Source: Lingula anatina (taxonomy: Eukaryota; Animalia; Brachiopoda). From it: a stretch of 64,000 nucleotides of DNA. The notes under the pieces were generated by a model. That model did not search any database. It was not told where the DNA came from and saw only the letters and a list, made by a program, of their open reading frames with translations. Positions within the stretch are counted from its first letter, which is position 1. Every line of letters starts with the position of its first letter. The position numbers and the translations under genes were made by a program. The stretch spans positions 9,610,001 through 9,674,000 of the forward strand of contig CM120649.1 in NCBI GenBank assembly GCA_051362555.1, read 5' to 3'. This document shows positions 1 to 12,973 of this stretch, one piece after another.

Positions 1-279
1 AAAGAAACTAACATATTTGTTTTGAATGCTATTGATTGCAATGTACACTCACATGTTTGAAGAACTCTCTAAAATCACACGTAAGGTTTTGCTGGATATG
101 ATGGCCCGTCAATGAATTGTATTGTATTGTATATTGCTATCTTTCAAAAGTAAGTGGTTGTTTATTGACAGTAAAGTTAATAAAAGCAAGGTTTTTATCA
201 ATACGGTAATAGATCCATACAATTTGTATTATAAATCAAATCAAAGCATGAAAGATGTTGGCTAATTGAATTGAACAGG

Positions 280-2000
280 AATTTAGTGTTCCTGGGGGTG
301 GGGCTGCTCCTAGGGGTAATTGATTTCAAGTTTTTGCATTGTAATATGCTATCTTTTCTTAGACTATAAAAATTACAGAATTGGAATTTCAAAAATTGAT
401 CTACCTTTTATCAGAATAAGGCATAAGCCTTTTGGAATTTTGGTATATCTGGGGTTGAGGTTGCCCCTGAGGGTGCATGATTAAATTTTCACATGATAAT
501 CTGTGCTACACTTGGCTATCCTTGTACATTCCAACTTCTGACACTCAGTCTCTCTAAAACAAATTGATTTTTTCTCCCATAAGTTTTTTTTTAACGCAAA
601 ATTATGTTCTAGAACAAACCTTTGTTTTGCCCGATCCATTGTCAGTAAGCTGTCATTTACAACTAAAAGAAAAGGTGAGCTGTCATATCTTGCAAATTGT
701 TTTACCTTTTTTCTTGAAGTGATGGGCTAAGACTGCAACTGACAACAGGCTGTCCCTGGGGGTGGTTGTTTCTGAATTCTTTTCACATTGTAATTTCCTC
801 TATCTCCTCCTAGATCATTAGACATAGGAAGTTGAAACTTTGGTGATTGGAAGACATATCAGGGATGTGTGGGGTTATTTCTAAATTTTAGTGCAACAGG
901 GGGTTGGACTGCCCCTGGGGGTGGTTGATTCTGAATTCTTATCACATAATGATTTGTCCTATCTCCCCCTAGACCTTAAGATTAGGAAGTTGAAAATTTG
1001 GTGATGGGTAAAGCTATTGTAAGGGATATACATAGGCATTGTGGAAATTTAGTGCAACAGGGGCCAAGCTGTCCCTGGGGGGGGGGGGGGGGGGGAGGAG
1101 GGCATAGATCCCGAATAGATCCCGTATTACTTTCCGCTGTCTCCTTGTAGACCATTAGACTTAGGTAATGAAAACTTTGGTGATTGGTTGAACTGTTGTC
1201 AGGGATGTGCATGGGCATTTGAAATTTTAGTACAACAAATGGAGTTGGGCTCACGGCTGTCCGGGGGGGGGGGGGTTGAATTAAAATTCTTTTTACTTTG
1301 TTTTTTCTATGAACTCCTCCTTATATCAGTTGAGTTGAATAGTTCAATTTTTGGTGATTTGTTAAACTTTTTTGCTTTTTGCAGAGATGGGCAGTGGTGT
1401 TTCAGAATTTAACCGTGCCTGGGGGTTGGACAGTTTTAGGGGGGGAGGGGGGGAGTTGATTCTAAATTCTTTTTATAGTGTAATTTCCACTCTCTCCTAG
1501 ACCATTAGACTTATAGGAATTTTAAACATTGGTGATGGTAAAGCTGTCAATAAAATAATAATAATTTATTCAGTTTTTCAAGGCCTCCGGCCCATAGTAC
1601 ATAATAGTAATAATAATAATAAAAATAATAATAATAATAATAAAGTCCATGAGAAGTATTAAGGATTATTTATTTTTGTCAGTGATCCAAAATTTCTTTT
1701 CTTAATATAAAAGCATTAGATAAAGCTGTCATCAGGGATGTGTATGGGCATTTCGGAATTTTAGTACAAAGGGGTGCCATGAACTGTCCGTGGGGAGTTT
1801 GGTTGTTTCTAAATACTTTTCGTAGTGTAATTTCTGCTATCTCCTCCTAGACCATTAGACATAGGAAGTTAAAACTTTGGTAATGGGTAAAGCTGTCTTC
1901 ATGGATGTGCATGGGCACAAAATTTTATAATGCCTGGGGGTTGGGCTGTCCCTGGGGGTGGTTGATTCTAAACTGTTATTACTGCTAGACCATAAGTATA
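280..2000 (+). repeat. Degenerate tandem repeat of ~160-180 bp, about 9 copies (mirrored at ~25730-27460)
   Basis: The motif string ctgtccctgggg(g)tggttg-ttctgaattctt...tctcctcctagaccattagac-taggaagttgaaactttggtga...agggatgtg...aaattttagt(g/a)caa recurs near 290, 460, 750, 910, 1070, 1255, 1430, 1785 and 1945. Confidence 0.8.
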
Positions 2001-2338
2001 GAAAGTTGATACTTTGGGGATTACTAGACTTATCTTCAGGGAACTAAATTGTACTTGGGCTGTCCATGCAGGGTGGGTTATCCTAAGAGACCATTTCCCA
2101 AACCCTATCATACTAACTTTGGATTGAACTATCTCAGAGGGGATTCTTGCTTTTAATTGCAATTAACTTGGGTGGCTTAGATGTCTGTCACACTTGCGGA
2201 TGTTGATAAGGGGTAATTAACTATCGTTTAGCAGCTTTAGTGGGCATCCCAGATGTCTAAGCTGTTTGGGCTGAAAGCAATTTAGTGAGTGACCCCATGG
2301 AATTGGACCGAACCCAGTCAAATTTCTTTTCATCTTTA

Positions 2339-2381
2339 AGTGGGGGGATACGTGATGGCTACCCATCAACACCATCTAATT
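2339..2381 (+). mobile_element. 3' terminus of a Helentron/HINE-like element whose body is the degenerate repeat array upstream
   Basis: GGGGGGATAC (subTIR-like), then hairpin TGATGG-ctac-CCATCA, then CTAATT (CTAGTT-like end) running into a T-rich (TTTA)n tract. This order matches Helentron 3' ends. Confidence 0.6.
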
Positions 2382-2841
2382 TATTTATTTATTTATTAAT
2401 TTATTTAAATTTATTTATTTATTTATTCATAACAAGTATAAAACAATTTTTTACTGAATATTAACTGAGTGACTTTGTCCTTAATTTTTCCATATAAGTT
2501 TCACTACTTTTTTCATATTTGATCTACATGTGAGTGTCCATGATAGTTACTGCACTAGTGGCAGTAATTAAGTGCCTTAATGTTTTGAGAAGACATTGCG
2601 AAGACGTGTTTAGTTAACAAATACCTGCCTCTTTTACACTGTATTGTTCAGATGTGTGACGATTCTAACTTCTTCTGCTGAACAAGACCAGAAAAAAGAC
2701 AATTTCATCTAAAATAGGGGCAATGCTTCACAAAATGTCTTCTTATTTATTATAATCACAAATATTCCAAATATATTGAATTCATCACTACCTGAGATCA
2801 TTTTTAATATTGATTTTTGTATTTTATGTTGAATTCATATT

Positions 2842-2874
2842 TTATTATACCACCAGTACGAGTACTGGGGGTAC
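2842..2874 (+). mobile_element. 5' terminus (subTIR plus palindromic inverted repeat) of a Helentron/HINE-like element pointing into the 129-bp array
   Basis: TTATTATACCACCAGTAC-GA-GTACTGGGGGTAC. It closely matches the 5' end of the complete HINE at 40087 (TTATTGTACCACCAG-gcg-CTGGAGGTAC). A short (GACA)n follows, then the array. Confidence 0.65.
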
Positions 2875-2956
2875 CACAGTGTTGTCTTTAAACTGCCACG
2901 ATCATGTTGACGTTACAGACAGACAGGTTGAATTACTATAGGTAGACAGATTCCAA

Positions 2957-5900
2957 AAATTTTTAAGTACTTAAAAGGGGACTAGAGCTAATCTTGACAG
3001 CTTCGACTTTCTGATTGAGGTAGTTGAAACAGACCTTTCAGGACCCTAAAGACCCACCGATTGCGACAGTTGCGATAGAGTCCATTGTTTTTAAAGTACT
3101 TTTAAAGGGACTTAAGCCAAATTTGAAGGCTTCGATTTTCCGATTGCAGTAGTTGAGACAGACCTTTCGGGACCCTTAAAACCCACCGTTTGCCAAATTA
3201 GCGACATTGTCCATAATATTTAAAGTACTTTTAAAGGGACTGAAGCCAAATTTGAGGGCTTCAACTTTCCGATTGCAGTAGTTGATACAGACCTTTCGGG
3301 ACCCTAAAGACCCACCGATTGCGACAGTTGCGACAGAGTCCTTGATTCTTTAAGTACTTTTAAAGGGACTTAAGCCAAATTTGAGGGCTTCGACTTTCAG
3401 ATTGCGGTAGTTGAGACAGACCTTTCGGGACCCTTAAAACCCACCGTTTGCCAAATTAGCGACATTGTCCATAATATTTAAGGTACTTTTAAAGGGACTG
3501 AAGCCAAATTTGAGGGCTTCAACTTTCCGATTGCAGTAGTTGATACAGACCTTTCGTGACCCTAAAGACCCACCGATTGCGACAGTTGCGACAGAGTCCA
3601 TGATTTTTAAAGTACTTTTAAAGGGACTTAAGCCAAATTTGAGGGCTTCGACTTTCCGATTGCGGTAGTTGAGACAGACCTTTCGGGACCCTAAAGACCC
3701 ACCGAATGCAACAGTTGCGATAGAGTCCATTGTTTTTAAAGTACTTTTAAAGGGACTTAAGCCAATTTTGAGGGCTTCGACTTTCCGATTGCGGTAGTTG
3801 AGACAGACCTTTCGGGACCCTTAAGACCCACCGATTGCGATAGTTGCGACAGAGTCCATGATTCTTAAAGTACTTTTAAAGGGACTTAAGCCAAATTTGA
3901 CGGCTTCGACTTTCCGATTGCGGTAGTTGAGACAGACCTTTTGGGACCCTTAAAACCTACCGATTGCGACAGTTGCGACAGAGTCCATGATTTTTAAAGT
4001 ACTTTTAAAGGGACTTAAGCCAAATTTGACGGCTTCGACTTTCCGATTGCGGTAGTTGAGACAGACCTTTCGGGACCCTTAAGACCCACCGATTGCGATA
4101 GTTGCGACAGAGTCCATGATTCTTAAAGTACTTTTAAAGGGACTTAAGCCAAATTTGACGGCTTCGACTTTCCGATTGCGGTAGTTGAGACAGACCTTTT
4201 GGGACCCTTAAGACCTACCGATTGCGACAGTTGCGACAGAGTCCATGATTTTTAAAGTACTTTTAAAGGGACTTAAGCCAATTTTGAGGGCTTCGACTTT
4301 CCGATTGCGGTAGTTGAGACAGACCTTTCGGGACCCTTAAGACCCACCGATTGCGATAGTTGCGACAGAGTCCATGATTTTTAAAGTACTTTTAAAGGGA
4401 CTTAAGCCAAATTTGACGGCTTCGACTTTCCGATTGCGGTAGTTGAGACAGACCTTTCGGGACCCTTAAGACCCACCGATTGTGATAGTTGCGACAGAGT
4501 CCACGATTTTTAACGTACTTTTAAAGGGACTTAAGCCAATTTTGAGGGCTTTGACTTTCCGATTGCGGTAGTTGAGACAGACCTTTCGGGACCCTTAAGA
4601 CCCACAGGTTGCGATAGTTGCGACAGAGTCCATGATTTTTAAAGTACTTTTAAATGGACTTAAGCCAAATTTGAAGGCTTCGACTTTCCGATTGCAGTAG
4701 TTGAGACAGACCTTTCGGGACCCTTAAAACCTACCGATTGCGACAGTTGCGACAGAGTCCATGATTTTTAAAGTACTTTTAAATGGACTTAAGCCAAATT
4801 TGAAGGCTTCGACTTTCCGATTGCAGTAGTTGAGACAGACCTTTCGGGACCCTTAAGACCCACAGGTTGCGATAGTTGCGACAAAGTCCATTATTCTTAA
4901 AGTACTTTTAAAGGGACTTAAGCCAAATTTGACGGCTTCGACTTTCCGATTGCGGTAGTTGAGACAGACCTTTTGGGACCCTTAAGACCCACCGATTGCG
5001 ATAGTTGCGACAGAGTCCATGATTTTTAAAGTACTTTTAAAGGGACTTAAGCCAAATTTGACGGCTTGGACTTTCCGATTGCGGTAGTTGAGACAGACCT
5101 TTCGGGACCCTTAAGACCCACCGATTGCGATAGTTGCGACAGAGTCCATGATTTTTAAAGTACTTTTAAAGGGACTTAAGCCAAATTTGACGGCTTCGAC
5201 TTTCCGATTGCGGTAGTTGAGACAGACCTTTCGGGACCCTTAAGACCCACCGATTGCGATAGTAGCGACAGAGTCCACGATTTTTAACGTACTTTTAAAG
5301 GGACTTAAGCCAATTTTGAGGGCTTCGACTTTCCGATTGCGGTAGTTGAGACAGACCTTTCGGGACCCTTAAGACCCACCGATTGCGATAGTTGCGACAG
5401 AGTCCATGATTTTTAAAGTACCTTTAAAGGGACTTAAGCCAATTTTGAGGGCTTCGACTTTCCGATGGCGGTAGTTGAGACAGACCTTTCGGGACCCTTA
5501 AGACCCACCGATTGCGATAGTTGCGACAGAGTCCATGATTCTTAAAGTACTTTTAAAGGGACTTAAGCCAAATTTGACGGCTTCGACTTTCCGATTGCGG
5601 TAGTTGAGACAGACCTTTCGGGACCCTTAAGACCCACCGATTGCGATAGTTGCGACAGAGTCCATGATTCTTAAAGTACTTTTAAAGGGACTTAAGCCAA
5701 ATTTGACGGCTTCGACTTTCCGATTGCGGTAGTTGAGACAGACCTTTTGGGACCCTTAAGACCTACCGATTGCGACAGTTGCGACAGAGTCCATGATTTT
5801 TAAAGTACTTTTAAAGGGACTTAAGCCAATTTTGAGGGCTTCGACTTTCCGATTGCGGTAGTTGAGACAGACCTTTCGGGACCCTTAAGACCCACCGATT

Positions 5901-8900
5901 GCGATAGTTGCGACAGAGTCCATGATTTTTAAAGTACTTTTAAAGGGACTTAAGCCAAATTTGACGGCTTCGACTTTCCGATTGCGGTAGTTGAGACAGA
6001 CCTTTCGGGACCCTTAAGACCCACCGATTGTGATAGTTGCGACAGAGTCCACGATTTTTAACGTACTTTTAAAGGGACTTAAGCCAATTTTGAGGGCTTT
6101 GACTTTCCGATTGCGGTAGTTGAGACAGACCTTTCGGGACCCTTAAGACCCACAGGTTGCGATAGTTGCGACAGAGTCCATGATTTTTAAAGTACTTTTA
6201 AATGGACTTAAGCCAAATTTGAAGGCTTCGACTTTCCGATTGCAGTAGTTGAGACAGACCTTTCGGGACCCTTAAAACCTACCGATTGCGACAGTTGCGA
6301 CAGAGTCCATGATTTTTAAAGTACTTTTAAATGGACTTAAGCCAAATTTGAAGGCTTCGACTTTCCGATTGCAGTAGTTGAGACAGACCTTTCGGGACCC
6401 TTAAGACCCACAGGTTGCGATAGTTGCGACAAAGTCCATTATTCTTAAAGTACTTTTAAAGGGACTTAAGCCAAATTTGACGGCTTCGACTTTCCGATTG
6501 CGGTAGTTGAGACAGACCTTTTGGGACCCTTAAGACCCACCGATTGCGATAGTTGCGACAGAGTCCATGATTTTTAAAGTACTTTTAAAGGGACTTAAGC
6601 CAAATTTGACGGCTTGGACTTTCCGATTGCGGTAGTTGAGACAGACCTTTCGGGACCCTTAAGACCCACCGATTGCGATAGTTGCGACAGAGTCCATGAT
6701 TTTTAAAGTACTTTTAAAGGGACTTAAGCCAATTTTGAGGGCTTCGACTTTCCGATTGCGGTAGTTGAGACAGACCTTTCGGGACCCTTAAGACCCACCG
6801 ATTGCGATAGTTGCGACAGAGTCCATGATTTTTAAAGTACTTTTAAAGGGACTTAAGCCAAATTTGACGGCTTCGACTTTCCGATTGCGGTAGTTGAGAC
6901 AGACCTTTCGGGACCCTTAAGACCCACCGATTGTGATAGTTGCGACAGAGTCCACGATTTTTAACGTACTTTTAAAGGGACTTAAGCCAATTTTGAGGGC
7001 TTTGACTTTCCGATTGCGGTAGTTGAGACAGACCTTTCGGGACCCTTAAGACCCACAGGTTGCGATAGTTGCGACAGAGTCCATGATTTTTAAAGTACTT
7101 TTAAATGGACTTAAGCCAAATTTGAAGGCTTCGACTTTCCGATTGCAGTAGTTGAGACAGACCTTTCGGGACCCTTAAAACCTACCGATTGCGACAGTTG
7201 CGACAGAGTCCATGATTTTTAAAGTACTTTTAAATGGACTTAAACCAAATTTGAAGGCTTCGACTTTCCGATTGCAGTAGTTGAGACAGACCTTTCGGGA
7301 CCCTTAAGACCCACAGGTTGCGATAGTTGCGACAAAGTCCATTATTCTTAAAGTACTTTTAAAGGGACTTAAGCCAAATTTGACGGCTTCGACTTTCCGA
7401 TTGCGGTAGTTGAGACAGACCTTTTGGGACCCTTAAGACCCACCGATTGCGATAGTTGCGACAGAGTCCATGATTTTTAAAGTACTTTTAAAGGGACTTA
7501 AGCCAAATTTGACGGCTTGGACTTTCCGATTGCGGTAGTTGAGACAGACCTTTCGGGACCCTTAAGACCCACCGATTGCGATAGTTGCGACAGAGTCCAT
7601 GATTTTTAAAGTACTTTTAAAGGGACTTAAGCCAAATTTGACGGCTTCGACTTTCCGATTGCGGTAGTTGAGACAGACCTTTCGGGACCCTTAAGACCCA
7701 CCGATTGCGATAGTAGCGACAGAGTCCACGATTTTTAACGTACTTTTAAAGGGACTTAAGCCAATTTTGAGGGCTTCGACTTTCCGATTGCGGTAGTTGA
7801 GACAGACCTTTCAGGACCCTTAAGACCCACCGATTGCGATAGTTGCGACAGAGTCCATGATTTTTAAAGTACTTTTAAAGGGACTTAAGCCAATTTTGAG
7901 GGCTTCGACTTTCCGATGGCGGTAGTTGAGACAGACCTTTCGGGACCCTTAAGACCCACCGATTGCGATAGTTGCGACAGAGTCCATGATTCTTAAAGTA
8001 CTTTTAAAGGGACTTAAGCCAAATTTGACGGCTTCGACTTTCCGATTGCGGTAGTTGAGACAGACCTTTTGGGACCCTTAAAACCTACCGATTGCGACAG
8101 TTGCGACAGAGTCCATGATTTTTAAAGTACTTTTAAAGGGACTTAAGCCAAATTTGACGGCTTCGACTTTCCGATTGCGGTAGTTGAGACAGACCTTTCG
8201 GGACCCTTAAGACCCACCGATTGCGATAGTTGCGACAGAGTCCATGATTTTTAAAGTACTTTTAAAGGGACTTAAGCCAATTTTGAGGGCTTCGACTTTC
8301 CGATTGCGGTAGTTGAGACAGACCTTTCGGGACCCTTAAGACCCACCGATTGCGATAGTTGCGACAGAGTCCATGATTCTTAAAGTACTTTTAAAGGGAC
8401 TTAAGCCAAATTTGACGGCTTCGACTTTCCGATTGCGGTAGTTGAGACAGACCTTTTGGGACCCTTAACACCCACCGATTGCGATAGTTGCGACAGAGTC
8501 CATGATATTTATAGTACTTTTAAAGGGACTTAAGCCAAATTTGACGGCTTAGACTTTCCGATTGCGGTAGTTGAGACAGAGTCCACGATTTTTAACGTAC
8601 TTTTAAAGGGACTTAAGCCAATTTTGAGGGCTTCGACTTTCCGATTGCGGTAGTTGAGACAGACCTTTCGGGACCCTTAAGACCCACCGATTGCGATAGT
8701 TGCGACAGAGTCCATGATTTTTAAAGTACTTTTAAAGGGACTTAAGCCAATTTTGAGGGCTTCGACTTTCCGATGGCGGTAGTTGAGACAGACCTTTCGG
8801 GACCCTTAAGACCCACCGATTGCGACAGTTGTGACAGAGTCCATGATTTTTAAAGTACTTTTAAAGGGACTTAAGCCAAATTTGACGGCTTGGACTTTCC

Positions 8901-11900
8901 GATTGCGGTAGTTGAGACAGACCTTTCGGGACCCTTAAGACCCACCGATTGCGATAGTTGCGACAGAGTCCATGATTTTTAAAGTACTTTTAAAGGGACT
9001 TAAGCCAATTTTGACGGCTTAGACTTTCCGATTGCGGTAGTTGAGACAGACCTTTCGGGACCCTTGAGACCCACCGATTGCGATAGTTGCGACAGAGTCC
9101 ACGATTTTTAACGTACTTTTAAAGGGACTTAAGCCAAATTTGACGGCTTCGACTTTCCGATTGCGGTAGTTGAGACAGACCTTTCGGGACCCTTAAGACC
9201 CACCGATTGTGATAGTTGCGACAGAGTCCACGATTTTTAACGTACTTTTAAAGGGACTTAAGCCAATTTTGAGGGCTTTGACTTTCCGATTGCGGTAGTT
9301 GAGACAGACCTTTCGGGACCCTTAAGACCCACAGGTTGCGATAGTTGCGACAGAGTCCATGATTTTTAAAGTACTTTTAAATGGACTTAAGCCAAATTAG
9401 AAGGCTTCGACTTTCCGATTGCAGTAGTTGAGACAGACCTTTCGGGACCCTTAAAACCTACCGATTGCGACAGTTGCGACAGAGTCCATGATTTTTAAAG
9501 TACTTTTAAATGGACTTAAGCCAAATTTGAAGGCTTCGACTTTCCGATTGCAGTAGTTGAGACAGACCTTTCGGGACCCTTAAGACCCACAGGTTGCGAT
9601 AGTTGCGACAAAGTCCATTATTCTTAAAGTACTTTTAAAGGGACTTAAGCCAAATTTGACGGCTTCGACTTTCCGATTGCGGTAGTTGAGACAGACCTTT
9701 TGGGACCCTTAAGACCCACCGATTGCGATAGTTGCGACAGAGTCCATGATTTTTAAAGTACTTTTAAAGGGACTTAAGCCAAATTTGACGGCTTGGACTT
9801 TCCGATTGCGGTAGTTGAGACAGACCTTTCGGGACCCTTAAGACCCACCGATTGCGATAGTTGCGACAGAGTCCATGATTTTTAAAGTACTTTTAAAGGG
9901 ACTTAAGCCAAATTTGACGGCTTCGACTTTCCGATTGCGGTAGTTGAGACAGACCTTTCGGGACCCTTAAGACCCACCGATTGCGATAGTTGCGACAGAG
10001 TCCATGATTTTTAAAGTACTTTTAAAGGGACTTAAGCCAATTTTGAGGGCTTCGACTTTCCGATTGCGGTAGTTGAGACAGACCTTTCGGGACCCTTAAG
10101 ACCCACCGATTGCGATAGTTGCGACAGAGTCCATGATTTTTAAAGTACTTTTAAAGGGACTTAAGCCAAATTTGACGGCTTCGACTTTCCGATTGCGGTA
10201 GTTGAGACAGACCTTTCGGGACCCTTAAGACCCACCGATTGTGATAGTTGCGACAGAGTCCACGATTTTTAACGTACTTTTAAAGGGACTTAAGCCAATT
10301 TTGAGGGCTTTGACTTTCCGATTGCGGTAGTTGAGACAGACCTTTCGGGACCCTTAAGACCCACAGGTTGCGATAGTTGCGACAGAGTCCATGATTTTTA
10401 AAGTACTTTTAAATGGACTTAAGCCAAATTTGAAGGCTTCGACTTTCCGATTGCAGTAGTTGAGACAGACCTTTCGGGACCCTTAAAACCTACCGATTGC
10501 GACAGTTGCGACAGAGTCCATGATTTTTAAAGTACTTTTAAATGGACTTAAGCCAAATTTGAAGGCTTCGACTTTCCGATTGCAGTAGTTGAGACAGACC
10601 TTTCGGGACCCTTAAGACCCACAGGTTGCGATAGTTGCGACAAAGTCCATTATTCTTAAAGTACTTTTAAAGGGACTTAAGCCAAATTTGACGGCTTCGA
10701 CTTTCCGATTGCGGTAGTTGAGACAGACCTTTTGGGACCCTTAAGACCCACCGATTGCGATAGTTGCGACAGAGTCCATGATTTTTAAAGTACTTTTAAA
10801 GGGACTTAAGCCAAATTTGACGGCTTGGACTTTCCGATTGCGGTAGTTGAGACAGACCTTTCGGGACCCTTAAGACCCACCGATTGCGATAGTTGCGACA
10901 GAGTCCATGATTTTTAAAGTACTTTTAAAGGGACTTAAGCCAAATTTGACGGCTTCGACTTTCCGATTGCGGTAGTTGAGACAGACCTTTCGGGACCCTT
11001 AAGACCCACCGATTGCGATAGTAGCGACAGAGTCCACGATTTTTAACGTACTTTTAAAGGGACTTAAGCCAATTTTGAGGGCTTCGACTTTCCGATTGCG
11101 GTAGTTGAGACAGACCTTTCAGGACCCTTAAGACCCACCGATTGCGATAGTTGCGACAGAGTCCATGATTTTTAAAGTACTTTTAAAGGGACTTAAGCCA
11201 ATTTTGAGGGCTTCGACTTTCCGATGGCGGTAGTTGAGACAGACCTTTCGGGACCCTTAAGACCCACCGATTGCGATAGTTGCGACAGAGTCCATGATTC
11301 TTAAAGTACTTTTAAAGGGACTTAAGCCAAATTTGACGGCTTCGACTTTCCGATTGCGGTAGTTGAGACAGACCTTTTGGGACCCTTAAAACCTACCGAT
11401 TGCGACAGTTGCGACAGAGTCCATGATTTTTAAAGTACTTTTAAAGGGACTTAAGCCAAATTTGACGGCTTCGACTTTCCGATTGCGGTAGTTGAGACAG
11501 ACCTTTCGGGACCCTTAAGACCCACCGATTGCGATAGTTGCGACAGAGTCCATGATTTTTAAAGTACTTTTAAAGGGACTTAAGCCAATTTTGAGGGCTT
11601 CGACTTTCCGATTGCGGTAGTTGAGACAGACCTTTCGGGACCCTTAAGACCCACCGATTGCGATAGTTGCGACAGAGTCCATGATTCTTAAAGTACTTTT
11701 AAAGGGACTTAAGCCAAATTTGACGGCTTCGACTTTCCGATTGCGGTAGTTGAGACAGACCTTTTGGGACCCTTAACACCCACCGATTGCGATAGTTGCG
11801 ACAGAGTCCATGATATTTATAGTACTTTTAAAGGGACTTAAGCCAAATTTGACGGCTTAGACTTTCCGATTGCGGTAGTTGAGACAGAGTCCACGATTTT

Positions 11901-12973
11901 TAACGTACTTTTAAAGGGACTTAAGCCAATTTTGAGGGCTTCGACTTTCCGATTGCGGTAGTTGAGACAGACCTTTCGGGACCCTTAAGACCCACCGATT
12001 GCGATAGTTGCGACAGAGTCCATGATTTTTAAAGTACTTTTAAAGGGACTTAAGCCAATTTTGAGGGCTTCGACTTTCCGATGGCGGTAGTTGAGACAGA
12101 CCTTTCGGGACCCTTAAGACCCACCGATTGCGACAGTTGTGATAGAGTCCATGATTTTTAAAGTACTTTTAAAGGGACTTAAGCCAAATTTGACGGCTTG
12201 GACTTTCCGATTGCGGTAGTTGAGACAGACCTTTCGGGACCCTTAAGACCCACCGATTGCGATAGTTGCGACAGAGTCCATGATTTTTAAAGTACTTTTA
12301 AAGGGACTTAAGCCAATTTTGACGGCTTAGACTTTCCGATTGCGGTAGTTGAGACAGACCTTTCGGGACCCTTGAGACCCACCGATTGCGATAGTTGCGA
12401 CAGAGTCCACGATTTTTAACGTACTTTTAAAGGGACTTAAGCCAATTTTGAGGGCTTCGACTTTCCGATTGCGGTAGTTGAGACAGACCTTTCGGGACCC
12501 TTAAGACCCACCGATTGCGATAGTTGCGACAGAGTCCATGATTCTTAAAGTACTTTTAAAGGGATTTAAGCCAAATTTGACGGCTTCGACTTTCCGATTG
12601 CGGTAGTTGAGACAGACCTTTCGGGACCCTTAAGACCCACCGATTGCGATAGTTGCGACAGAGTCCATGATTTTTAAAGTACTTTTAAAGGGACTTAAGC
12701 CAATTTTGAGGGCTTCGACTTTCCGATTGCGGTAGTTGAGACAGACCTTTCGGGACCCTTAAGACCCACCGATTGCGATAGTTGCCACATAGTCCATGAT
12801 TCTTAAAGTACTTTTAAAGGGACTTAAGCCAAATTTGACGGCTTCGACTTTCCGATTGCGGTAGTTGAGACAGACCTTTTGGGACCCTTAAGACCCACCG
12901 ATTGCGATAGTTGCGACAGAGTCCATTATTCTTAAAGTACTTTTAAAGGGATTTAAGCTAATTTTGAGGGCTT
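2957..12973 (+). repeat. 129-bp satellite array, ~78 monomers, with higher-order repeat structure
   Basis: Period measured directly (ctttccgatt at 3781 and 3910). The monomer is an 83-bp plus a 46-bp related subunit, both starting ccgattgcg(a/g)tagttg(c/a)gacaga. Diagnostic cccacaggtt variants lie at 4601/4859, 6149, 7052, 9328 and 10360. Confidence 0.98.

Noticed and set aside
982-1254. Poly-proline ORFs (also 26481..26762 and 48965..49237)
   Set aside because: These are translations of poly-G/C and (GGT)n tracts.
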